Shown one piece after another: positions 51,917 through 64,000 of a stretch of 64,000 bases of DNA; within the stretch, counting starts at the first letter, position 1, and every line of letters starts with the position of its first letter. The position numbers and the translations under genes are program-made. The DNA is from Antedon mediterranea. Its lineage: Eukaryota; Animalia; Echinodermata. The notes below the pieces were generated by a model. That model ran no database searches. It saw only the letters and a list, made by a program, of their open reading frames with translations, and had not been told where the DNA came from. The DNA lies in assembly GCF_964355755.1 (NCBI RefSeq), contig NC_092679.1, forward strand, positions 23,853,432 to 23,917,431, read 5' to 3'.

Positions 51917-53469
51917 ATCGTCCTACAGTGTGTCCAGTCCGAATAAAACTACAATAAGTCTATAATTGTTGATGGATATTTAAAAATAATAAACAGAAAA
52001 CGTAAAAAAACGACGACATATATTATTATAGACTTATTGTAGTTTTATTGAACGTTAAGCGTGTCGTGTTATCAATTATGTTAGCACGGTAATCAAGTAC
52101 AAAATCGTGATTCAACATGTTCAAAAGCTATTGCATGCTTAAATAATAATAAGTAGGCTTTAATACATCAGTAGTGTTAGAAAAAAAATGAAACATTACA
52201 ATCAATAATAGTGAGAGCCATAACCATTAATGTCTAATTTTGAAATGGAAATACTGTATAATGCTTTGTCCTGAGCATACCATGGTACTTTCAAATCAGA
52301 CTTGCCATATAAAAACAAGATGCATTTATTCGCCTTGTTGATTAGTTTGATATATTTGTATATATACATAATATATATTGCCTTTTGGTAATTCTAGTAG
52401 TAAACAAGTAGTAGAATACAACACGCAAGATATCCTTCAAAAAAATTAAACAATATTGACAGTATAACTATTTTATCTACACTTTTTCCCTATTATAAAT
52501 ATTGGGGAAAAAAGTGTATGTTGATATTGTAATAATATTTGTTATGCTTATTTCACGGTGCTTCTTCTGATTTACCGCTAACGAAAAATATTTGGGTTTA
52601 TTATCAATGTTGTTTGCAATGGTTTATGCTTTATAATATACCGCTACCAATAGAAACTATAACTGGAGCTAACCTTTAAAAAAGAATTATACACACTAAC
52701 CTATTTTGTTCTTTCATTTCCGTTTTATTATCGTAATAATATCTGCGACGCGAAAAATGTATACGTTCAATAAATCAGTTGGTGAATATGATTCGCCGTG
52801 TAGAATTAAAACCGGCTTTATATTGCCGGCTTTATACATATTTTTCTGACCAGATATGCTGATGCTTTAGTGTTTTATCTAATTACAATAGTGTAAAAAA
52901 AATATGTATTGCTAGAATTAAAAATAAATTACTGTCATACGGGCTAAGAAATTATTTAAAGGTAATATTTCATCGTGAATAAAGAAATTGTTGAAATAGA
53001 GAGAAAGAGTACAATATTTATGTTAGCCCTTGTAAATCACTTTAATTCCTTTAGCTATACTTCACTATAACACACATACCTTCTTCTCCTTTTTTCTTTC
53101 TTAGTTTCCCATAACACGATCTCCTTTAGGCTACTTTCTTTGATTCACATAGCACTCCTTCTCTTTCTCATATCTTTTCTATAAATGCCTTTCCCTTCAT
53201 CATCCATCCAACAATTCATTTCTCATGCATGTGTCTCCTCCAATCAGCTTCTTCACTTTACTAACTTTTAAACCTCTCTCTACCAATCAGAAACATACAC
53301 ACAATCGTTCTTTGCTCTTCTCTGCAACACTGACTTCACATGGTAGCTCTAAAAACAAGTTCAATTAGTGAAAAATGAAAATAGAAAAGCACAATATACC
53401 GTATACACTCTATAACCTGTGGCGTTCTCATATACAGATATTGATTATGTGTGAATATTTGGTTGGCTT

Positions 53470-54316
53470 TATGGAACGCCGTTTACGCAACATTTCGATG
53501 ATATGAATTTTATGACGCGATATGTGAATGAAATGCATCGATATGAATTGAATGGCGTGATATATGAATGAAATGTTTTGAATTGAATGCTTTGAATTGA
53601 ATGTTTTGAATGAAATGTTTTGAATGAAATGTTTTGAATTGAATGTTTTGAATAAAATGTTTTGAATGAAATGTTTTGAATGAAATGTTTTGAATTAAAT
53701 GTTTTGAATGAAATGTTTGAATTGAATTGAAAAGTCAAACTATTGGCGGCGTATGTCATTCCCGCTCGCGATTTTTTTTCAACCTCTTAATAGGCCTAAG
53801 CATGGGTACCCTCATCTCCTTTCAACGCTGTCATCAATATGAATCCTTTACAGAGACTCCCTAACAGACCTGAAACATTGGAATACATATTTCCGAACCC
53901 AGGTCTGTTAGGATTCTCTGTAAAGGCAGCGTGGAAGAAAGGAGATGAGGGTACCCAGGCTTAGGCTTAAGAGGTTGAGAAAATAATCGCGAGCGAGAAT
54001 GACATACGCCACCAATAGTTTGACTTTTCAATTCAATTCAAACATTTCATTCAAAACATTTCATTCAAAACATTTCATTTAAAACATTTCATTCAAAACA
54101 TTTCATTCAAAACATTTCATTCAAAACATTTCATTCAAAACATTTCATTCAAAACATTTCATTCAAAACATTTCATTCAAAATATTCAATTCAAAGCATT
54201 CAATTCAAAACATTTCATTCATATATCGCACCATTTAATTCATATCGATGCATTTCATTCACATATCGCGTAATAAAATTCATATCATCGAAATGTTGCG
54301 TAAACGGCGTTCCATA
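53470..54316. mobile_element. Foldback DNA transposon, nearly fully palindromic, 6-bp TSD
   Basis: TGGCTT|TATGGAACGCCGTTTACGCAACATTTCG ... CGAAATGTTGCGTAAACGGCGTTCCATA|TGGCTT. Both arms carry 14-bp (TGAAATGTTTTGAA)n repeats. Confidence 0.92.
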
Positions 54317-54982
54317 TGGCTTTACATTATTGTAAATTTTTAACATGTTACAATTACCCTTAAAACACCATGTAAAAGAATCTCCACACTGCAAACATAT
54401 CTCTCAGTTACAGTGTATACAGAAACCAGTTCCCAGTTGTGTACAGTGATCATAAACAATCTTGTAGTAGCTTCCTCTGATGAATAAATGAGTCCGGTTC
54501 GGCGACCTCAGAAAACTATCATGGAAAATGGATTCGGAATGGGTTTGGAATCCATACCTGTTTTGGATTTCGAATTTGAAGGGATCGATCAAGAAGTCAT
54601 TTGTTTTCTGAAATCGTACGATTTTGTTTCTTTGACCAATCGACAGTGAGAATGGAAGAGGTGAAGAGTGAAATTGTAATTTCACTCTTCCCTGTCATTC
54701 CATCTTCCTGAGATAACCGAACTTTACGTATAGACATAATTATACATTCATCACTTTCATGTTTGCCGATTTTAAAGTGTATATGCAATGTTACAACTGA
54801 TGTTGTTTCTATTTTCAACTTTGTATCATTGAACTACTGGCCAATATATACTCCACCAGAATAATCGGGATATACGATTACTAAAGTACAGTAATACTTA
54901 TTAATATCGCATATAAATTAATGGCAACCATTAACGTGTACATCCTGCATATATTTGTTTATTACAAATTAAAATCAGGTTC

Positions 54983-55190
54983 AGGCTTGGTTCCCACTAG
55001 CGACGCAACGTAACGCACCCCAACGCAACGTAACACACTCCAACGCAACGTAACACACCCCAACGCAATATAAGAAAATGCCCTTTAAAAAATTGTGTTT
55101 TACCCCGTATCCTGCGTGAAATCAAACCTGTGACGTTTACAGCACTTTGCGTCAATACGTCGCTGCGTTGCGTTCTAGTGAGAACCACGA
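54983..55190. mobile_element. MITE related to family M2
   Basis: GGCTTGGTTCCCACTAGCGACGCAACG ... GCGTTCTAGTGAGAACCA, with a different interior. Confidence 0.7.
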
Positions 55191-55476
55191 TCTAATGATA
55201 ACCTCACTTTCTTTCCGACAGCGTTGAAGCAGAACGAATTGTAAATTTAGTCCGTTATCTGTTAATACCCATGGTACTTATTATTAAGCCCCTTTATTTT
55301 AGTATGCTAGTGTTGAAAGATTTTACGCTCGCTGTCAGCAATAAAAATAAATGATACAACACAATGATTGCGATATGTATAATATATAAACAAAATATAC
55401 TTGATATATACTCCGAAGAAAATCAATATTATCCTCATTTATAAAGTTAAAGGTAAACCAAATTTAAAATCCAATG

Positions 55477-55625
55477 AAACAAGAAATAAAATAAGGCCAT
55501 ATAGGCCTACATGGCTGCAGTCGCGTGCTCAAATTTGAGTGTTTACCGACCATCCGACCGACCGACCAACCAACCGACCGACCGACATAGTGAGCTGTGG
55601 AGTCGCGTTTGCACGCGACTAAAAA
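55477..55625 (-). mobile_element. Helentron/DINE-1-like family H1, most complete copy
   Basis: The minus strand reads TTTTT-AGTCGCGTGC-aa-ACGCGACT (5' subTIR with IR), (GGTC/GGTT)n, GCACGCGACT (3' subTIR), hairpin AGGCC-tatat-GGCCT, then CTTGTTT. Confidence 0.7.
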
Positions 55626-58391
55626 TAAGATACCATTCTTACCTAAAGAAGTTATTTCAATTGTTTAAAGAAAATGTTTGGCCTTACATCTGGACAATAG
55701 GGCCTAACTATCAAGTAAGTAAATAGTGTGCATAACTATGTCATTGACGACATCTTAAGGCCTAGCTCGAAGCATGCAACATTGTTCGTATTATAGGCCC
55801 TAGAATATGTTCGGTTATGTTACAATGATTTAGGAAAACCATTAACATGTCCATTGAGAATACGTGGCATTTCTCAACGTACTAAAATATTTAATGCATT
55901 TAAAAAAAAATGTATTCCTCACCGAAACAGCGTATGTAAAATATTGGAATTTTACTGTGAAAACGAGTTTTTTTTAAATCAAAAAGGATATGTACCGTAA
56001 CCAGCAGATACCCATACATTCCTAAATATCATGCCCGGGAAAGTAAATGCTAAGCTAACGACATGAAAAATAAAATTTTTTAAAATAATATGTCGTTTTG
56101 GAGATAAAATTAAGTATATCAAAATAATGTACTTACTGATTGATGATTGGTATACTGAGCTTAATTCACAACACCGTTGTTATGCGCATCTCCAATTAAC
56201 GTTAAACTGACAATGGAACTGAATGAGGCCTAACTGCATTTTAAACCCCATACGTCATCAGCCATCAATCTTTAATATCAAATCGTATAAGCCACTGAGA
56301 TCATTTTGCTATAATCTGATCGTATTCACACGTTTGAAACGCTATTCCTATTGGATACGATCACCGATATACCTAACGTAACTCCTACAATTTATCCACG
56401 GTTGTTGCGTTTTATCTTGTTCGTGTGTTTAATCACAGATTAAATAATAAATTTGACAATGCGTCGTGCGCATGACACTGCATCGTGCGCATCACATGTC
56501 AGCCAATAGGATTGATAGATGTTTATATTGTGCATGTATGTTGTTGTATGTGGAGTAATTAATAATTAGTATTTGGAGTACATATTTACCTCAATACAAT
56601 TAACATACCGTCATGAATAACCTTAGTTATGCAATAATTATTGACTTTGAATGAGCAAAGAAATACCATGATTGATTCTCCATACAACATTTGCCCAGTA
56701 TCATAGGAATATTGGTAATACAGCATCTTATGTGTATCATGATATTCATTTACTCTATAGATAAATCTAGCCGGGATCGATAATCAGGTGGAAGAAGCCA
56801 TAGGAAGGTTGTGCCCGAAGTATCAACGAGAGAGACGTTCTAAACTTCCCCTGCTTCCTTTTCAGAAAGCACATGCTGTAGGCCTGCAATGGTACTAATC
56901 TTACTTTACTATTTGACTCATATTCACAGAGCTTCTTACCCGTGTTACAAAATCAGAAGCATAATCATGAATTCACAGTTTTTCAGCACGCTACAATATG
57001 TGCCGTTTTGTTGTCGACGCGGGCTAATTTGCATATATCTAAACAGGCGGTACGGTTCGCACTACTGGAAAGTTGATTGTTATATGCAATAATGTTACCT
57101 ATTTGTGCCTCAGATCAAAACAAACCCCACAATTTCGATTTATATTCCATATGCAAATAACAAAATAAACGAATGAATATTTTGCATTTTATCTTCAAGG
57201 CACAAAACTTTCTTTAAACCAACAAATCGACAGAAATAATTACACATAGATACAACAAAATTACAATGAATTAATTAAATTATTCTCCAAAAAATTCGTC
57301 AAATTGAATGAGACTTTTCTAAATGGCTGTTTGTTTTAAACGTACATCACAATTTCCCTAAAACCAAAATACTATTTTTACATAAATTGATGAACATTCC
57401 GAAAGGCAGGAAGTCAGCTTATATATAGAGATCCTGTAAATCCTATAAACACAAGTCCTTAGGAATAAATCACGATATCTTTTATCTTTTCGATAATTTT
57501 AAATAAATATTTCTCTGATTGTATTAATATGTCATTTAAAACATAAATGTAACATTCTTGACAAGTTATCTCAAAAAACGTTATCCCAATAACTTTATTA
57601 ATGACAATAATGAAAAGCATGTTTTTCCCATCGTCAATATTAGCCTAAAAGGGGAATTGACATGACGAAGAGAAAACATTATCGTATTCGAAATGATACC
57701 AAACATTAAGGGCCATACTTCATTATTATTCGACAAATGTTTACCATGTGTCGTTCACATGATTTTTAATGTATTGGAGTATACATAGTAATGTTTATTT
57801 AGCTCTTATGTATGCATAACAATTAAATTTTAATATACTGTACATTTCAAATGATGGCTATATGATTCATGTATGGATGATATTGTTTGCTAACATCCTG
57901 GTGGGCAACCAGTCTGAAGGATCTAGTATATAAACGGAGAATACGGTAATATTGATGAGAAAAAAAAATCAGTGGTAGGCTGAGTTACGGTAACGAACTC
58001 AAGTTCTCTTACCACTATCACCACAGTTGCCAACTATATAAGGGAAATACGTTAATATCACAAATTAATAATGTCTTAATATTATTAACACTTTAACGTA
58101 CTTTTATAAACTTACGATAACGACGAAATTGTTAAATTAGAATAGAAAATCCTTTATTCTGTGGCTCTACAATTATGGAAACATGTTTATATTTTAAAAT
58201 AATAAAGTTATTAAATCTACGTTTTGCGGAACATCTGAGATAGATCAAATATAGGTATCCAAGATCGTTTATGCTATAAATGTCCGTTTGTAGTGTAGTG
58301 CTATCTGTATAACAATGTATTTTAAAAGGTACAAACACTTCTGAATCAGTCTCAATTGGTGTAGGTCGTGCATCAACTACAAAAGCTTTAA

Positions 58392-58509
58392 AGCGCTGTC
58401 TACACTATAAAACTACTACCAAATATGGTAGTGATATAACATCATCATGTCCATATAATGGCACATCACATTTTATTGTCACATAATGTTTGTAAGTGTA
58501 GACAGAGCT
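58392..58509. mobile_element. MITE family M1
   Basis: TAA|AGCGCTGTCTACACTAT...GTGTAGACAGAGCT|TTA. Confidence 0.85.
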
Positions 58510-60309
58510 TTAGATTGCTCTTTCTCTATTGCCTCAGAAAATGAATAATAATATACAAACTAATGACAGAAGAGTTTGTTCATTATACATTTACGACGTA
58601 AGAATGTGCTTTTTCTATCAACTCCTAATGAACTCCTGAGGAAACACAATACCAAGGTTATAAATTAAACGCTATACATCATATCTTTTGAATAATAAAT
58701 CAACTGGACTGCCATAACAAAATGAATAAAAGTAATGTAAACTGTCAATGAAACTGATCAAATAGACGTTAAACAAACCTTACATTTGTACTTTCACGTT
58801 AATGAAATTCATTTCGATATTCATTCAGTAAACATTTAAAGAAAATACTTTATGATATGATACAAGAAAAAAACCAATACAAATGGTATAAATACATTTC
58901 AAAGGGTATCTCAAGTTTTTATGTGGTTCATTTTCATCTTTTTTTAAAAATGGAAAAAAGTATTAAAATACTTTTTTCGTATTTTTTTGAAGATGAATAA
59001 ACGATAGGCCTATTTTATTTAAAAGAAAAAAATAATCGTATGACATTCGAAATTGGTAACAATACACGAGTGAGTGAGTAACTGACTGAACTATTTATTA
59101 TTAAGGATAATGTGTCATGCAACCAATTACATTCTGTAATTGAAAAGTGGATCTATGTTTATCATGCAATATGTTGTCATGTCTCATTACACCTAGTTCC
59201 GAGACTCTCACAAATATGGAAACTATGTTAGACGTACTTTAAACATGAGAAACATTCATTAAATTAATTAATTATATAGGCTAAGTAAGCATAGTTACTA
59301 AAGAGAGTTAGTCAGAAATACAAGAACTAACGTCGTGAATATTCATATATCAAGTAATAGCATATGAAATAAGTTTAAACTGAATAATTGTGGACTTTTT
59401 TTTTGGACTTGCTTATAGTGTTGAGATACTGAGACATGCTCTCAATACATCAACACTAACAACAAATGTACAAGTAATGAATGAAATTTTTTTGTAAAGA
59501 AAAAAAGAAAAAATAAGTAGAAGATTGGAACTATAAACCATGGATAAGAATGATATCCATGGATCAACCAAAACAGAATTGCACTTTAAATGAGTCGTGT
59601 AACAACCTGTTAGTAAGACAACCTAGTTTTCTTTCATTATTGGCAATTCTCATAATGTATACAAAACCGTTTTATTTTAAGTGTCGATAAAACAGATGAG
59701 TCACTATGCATATTATCTTTTTCAAATAAGTTTGTATTTTCGTAAATTATAGTTATTTCTGAGATAGCCGGACACTTTTGTGCGCATTTATTAATACACA
59801 CTATTGTATTACAATAATAAACGTTCCGGAGTGTATATGCGAATAAATACGGTACTTTTTTTATCTCATTATTGGAGGAAGCATTTCCTCCATGATCTCA
59901 TCGACACGCCCTATAGAATCAATTTACAGTAAACAACTTTTTGTTTACTGTAAACATTTTAACCTTCAGGTGGTGCAGCTGTTTATTGATCAGTTTTTGT
60001 TGTTGTTGAACTTCTCCAATATGCACAACCTGCTCTCCATTGTAGAATGATTTCACTACTAAATCCATCCTTAATCAAGAAAGATTGGTAATGAGTGTGT
60101 AGTTATTAATTGCATTTTAATATTTTCTAAAATTGATTCATTTTGTTGACGAGAGATTCACCGTTCATATAGCGGTAATTTGTCAGTATTACTTACAATA
60201 CACGCTTATGCAAATTACTTACAATACACGCTTATGCAAATTACACTTCAATTGACTACATAATAGAATACAATTTCATGCAAAAATAAGTGATTGAACT
60301 ACAAACTAA

Positions 60310-60488
60310 AGCTTGGTTCCCACTAGAATGTAACGCAAGGACGTAAACGCAACGCAGGCGTTTTAACCAATGACAAGCGAAGTTATAGACAGTTAGCAAT
60401 CACAAGCGAATAAGCCATCGCTTGTGATTGGTCAATTCACTTGCGTTGCGTTGCGTCCTTGCGTTGCGTCGCTAGTGGGAACAACGCT
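60310..60488. mobile_element. MITE family M2
   Basis: TAA|AGCTTGGTTCCCACTAG...CTAGTGGGAACAACGCT|TAA; near-identical to 40896-41074. Confidence 0.9.
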
Positions 60489-60491
60489 TAA

Positions 60492-60633
60492 AGCCGAGTC
60501 TGTCTACACTATCAAACATTATGAGATAAAAAATGTTATATGCCATATATGACACGATGACGTCATATCACTACCATATTTGGGCACATCAACGTTTTTT
60601 TGTCTAACTAGTTTGATAGTGTAGTACAGAGCT
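60492..60633. mobile_element. MITE family M1, directly abutting the M2 copy
   Basis: tctgtctacactatcaaac...gtttgatagtgtagtacagagct|TTA. Confidence 0.85.
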
Positions 60634-61052
60634 TTATAAACTATCTTTTTAAATTGTATTGATACAATACACCCACAGCTTTATATCAATTCCAGTATAT
60701 TTTGTAAAATGAATTAAAATAGCATAAATACTTTATTTTCATTAATTTAATGGCTTTCAGAAATATTACTTTAATAGAAAAAATGGTTTTTTTTTTTGTT
60801 TTGTATTAAAAAAAAATAATTCATTTTGAAGCTAATGTTTGTATATATTGTGTTTATACTTCGAACCGCCTATATGTATTATGTAAATAAATGCCATAGA
60901 CAAACAGTCTAGGAAAGAAGAAGTATTTCATTAAAAAAAATAACAATCTTGCTTTTCAACTGAAATTGGTTTCGTTTTATTCGTCATAAATATACAATAA
61001 AATAAATATGTAAATAAAGCATCTTTTTAACGCATTTCCTACTGTAGTATTT

Positions 61053-61143
61053 CCTACATTGTACTTAGTGTACCTACCTATATTGTACTTAGTGTACCTA
61101 CCGACATTGTACTTAGTGTACCTACCTACATTGTACTTAGTGT
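61053..61143. repeat. 24-bp minisatellite x~4
   Basis: (CCTACATTGTACTTAGTGTACCTA)n; this explains the repetitive ORFs 60977-61247. Confidence 0.9.
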
Positions 61144-62540
61144 GCGTGCTAAAAACGTACGTCATTAATTGTTTTAAAATACCAACAAACCATATGGCCT
61201 TTTTCAAGAAAATCGATATATTGATGACGTCAAAAAACCTTATTTAAAATCTCAGCGTTTACTATACTTGTTGACTTGTTTCCCGTACACTTTATTACAA
61301 TTAATGAACACAATTATCTTATTGCTTAATGACTTCAATGTTTGTGTAAACTCGCTGTAACATACGATCCTCTTATTGTATACACACTATAAATGTTATT
61401 TCACGTTAGACTTACTTTTTTGATTAAAGAATTTTGCTTTGTAGTATAGAATGCAATCCTGACAAAGACTTAAAAGAAAAACAAACTTTACTTAGGTTGG
61501 TTGTAGTTATGTGAAGCAAGGCAATCTAAATTGCCCTGTTTCACGCCATTTGCTTTACGAAGGAGAAAAATGTTATTTTTGAACTCCACTCGATGCATTT
61601 TGTTACCATTTTTTCCCTTTTGATTGATATAATTGGGTTGCCTTAAGATTTGAAGTTCTAACATGAAATTGAAATATAGTAGTAAAAAAAAAATATTTCT
61701 AATCTAACTTTAATTGAAGATCATTCGTAATTTCTTCTTGCCCATATTCGATGAAGAAAATCATAAATTACAATTCTAATTAAGTTTAACTTAAACCAAA
61801 TCAAAACGATAATTACTGCAATTCTACGGAAACCATAAAAAAAATACTAATAATTTATTGACTTCACTTTTGTAACAGTGGCCGCAAATAATGAGACAGT
61901 TAACTTAAACTAACAAAAATTATCTTTAACTTTTGATAATGTACAACCGTGTATATTGTAAAAATGACACACAAAAATCAAATTATTTTAGCTGTTAGAA
62001 CACAATTATTGAACCAACCCTCTCGGTGACGTAAACCACGTTACAGACACATTATAGACATCAAGAAGTTTACAAATAACCAGCTCTACTTTGCTCCGAT
62101 AATTCTCGGAACATTTAGGTGACTGACTGGACAATTTTGACCAGTGAAGCCAACTTAATGAGGAAATAAGTAGCAGTATGGTTGGCAATGTTTTAATGAC
62201 TATAATATAATTCGGCAAGAATATTAAAGCACATCAGTAAAAGTTAATTTTTTTCCTTTGGTATCCGGTTACTTTGTCGAATCGCAATTCGCCACGTCCA
62301 CTTTGCCGACAAATGAAAATTAGTCAATAACGTTCAAGTGGCCACGTGTGTGAAACTCAGATTTCAGAATCTCCATTTTCAATGTGACTAATTAGTATGG
62401 ATATGTCCTGATAACAGAGTAAGATTAGCCAAAGTGGGACGGGGTTCAGAACAGTGGAGGCGCGAAAGAGTGGGTATTATACTAAAACAACTAAAAACAC
62501 AATACTGCTAAATACAACTAAAGGACGTGTCACAATCTAA

Positions 62541-62649
62541 AGCTCTGTCTACACTATAAAACTAGTTTGACGAAAAAAGTGTGAGGTGCCCATACATGGG
62601 CACATCACATTTGTTTTGTCACATAAAGTTTGATTGTGTAGACAGAGCT
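62541..62649. mobile_element. MITE family M1
   Basis: TAA|AGCTCTGTCTACACTAT...GTGTAGACAGAGCT|TTA. Confidence 0.85.
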
Positions 62650-64000
62650 TTAAGGCGTATTACAAAGAAATATACACACACGACCCTAACAAAACTTAAT
62701 TTTTACGATATGATCATTTTGAATAATTGTGTAAACATATGGCAACTACTACAAATCAATGCATACATTCTTTCTTTATTGAATATAAACGCAACACATT
62801 ATCGTAAATACATTTAATACAACTTTTCCTTTGATCCTCAAATGTTAACAAACCGTAAATATAATAATAATACCGTAAATAACACCATATCTTGTTAAGT
62901 ACTACCGAATAATTTTTCCAAAATAAAACATTTACATGCTGTTTGGGTCACCATTATATATAAATAGCTGAATAAAAGATACCAGGGTTACCAAGAGAAA
63001 GTGGCTTTCATCATGGTCAAACGTGCATGCAATCTATTATTTTATATAGGCACGGTTGCCCGTGAGCATAGCTACTTTATGGTGTAAATCGTGCGTTCAA
63101 TTCCTGGTTTTCTATTGACACTGGCGATCATCACTTAACAGCGCCGATAAATAATAACTCGAATGTGAACATACAAAAACGATTTAAGGAGAACGGTTGA
63201 CAGTTTCGATAGAAAACGAAGAATTCAACGTATAGAGGACCGCTTTGCTTTAAAAAAAAACCAGTACAGTCAACCGTACCGATAGAAAATAACAAATTAC
63301 ACTATTATGACAAACAAATTTTTAGGTGAAAATAATCTTCAATAACGAAGTAAGTTTGATTCCAACTACAGTACATACAGCATACTGCGTCTAACTCAAT
63401 AAATCCACATTTCTAAACAAAATGAAATTATTAAAACTATTACATCACACACACAATTATTACGATGTAATGGTATTTAATGGTAACTAGTATTTTAAAA
63501 ATTCTCAAAATGTTATAAATTATCAAATAGATCGACCGTTGAATTCTCAAAACGTCTCGTTATTTAGAGTTACACTCGGATTATTTTATCTTCTGGTAAA
63601 TAATAGGTAGTTTTTCTCGAAAAATAAATCTAATTTCGTTTATATGATATGATATAATTTGGTCCTCAAATAGTTAAAACCATTTAATAAAAACATTAAA
63701 AATTAATAAAAGGATATATAATATCGCAATTCCATTTAAAATCTAAAATCGAGATACAGTAATAATATACACTAGTATATATAGGGGCATTCCACAGTAA
63801 TTGCGATATCAGTTGAACAATTTCAAAAATTGTTTTATAGGCCTATCATCAAGTTGGACATTTTTAGAAAATAGATACATTGAATTATAATGAATCAAAA
63901 AAATAATAATTGATACTTCAGAATATATTTCATGTCAAAAGACTGAAAATGCAGATTTTATGTTAGACATTATAATATATTAGAATATTACCTACAGTAT

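Noticed and set aside
53050-53350. Pyrimidine-rich stretch resembling a non-LTR retrotransposon C-terminal remnant on the minus strand
   Set aside because: Multiple stops and frameshifts and no motif strong enough to assign a family by eye.
60977-61247. ORFs with repeated YTKYNVGR / YLVYLPTL peptides
   Set aside because: They are products of the 24-bp minisatellite read on both strands.

Overview
AT-rich, repeat-dense eukaryotic genomic DNA from an invertebrate animal; the repeat landscape suggests an echinoderm-like genome, which is inference only. Two intron-containing protein-coding genes are supported, in convergent orientation. One is a divergent 3-exon FGF-family ligand on + (16426-18365, 213 aa). 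The other is a 2-coding-exon two-pore-domain (K2P/KCNK) potassium channel on - (39889-26438, 338 aa), whose 12.4-kb intron holds a ~7.1-kb 26-bp satellite interrupted by nested Mutator-like elements. The rest is non-autonomous mobile DNA: four copies of one Helitron family, one with its empty A|T target site preserved in a local paralogous copy; two Helentron/DINE-like families; CR1/L2-type LINE fragments; PIF/Harbinger-, Tc1/mariner-, Kolobok-, hAT- and P-like elements; a foldback element with a 6-bp TSD; and a Penelope-like remnant with a minimal hammerhead-ribozyme motif. There are also three degenerate tRNA-Val(AAC) copies in a small tandem array and a triplicated segment in the first 15.5 kb. 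No prokaryotic or CRISPR system is present, and no intact transposase or RT ORF is visible.
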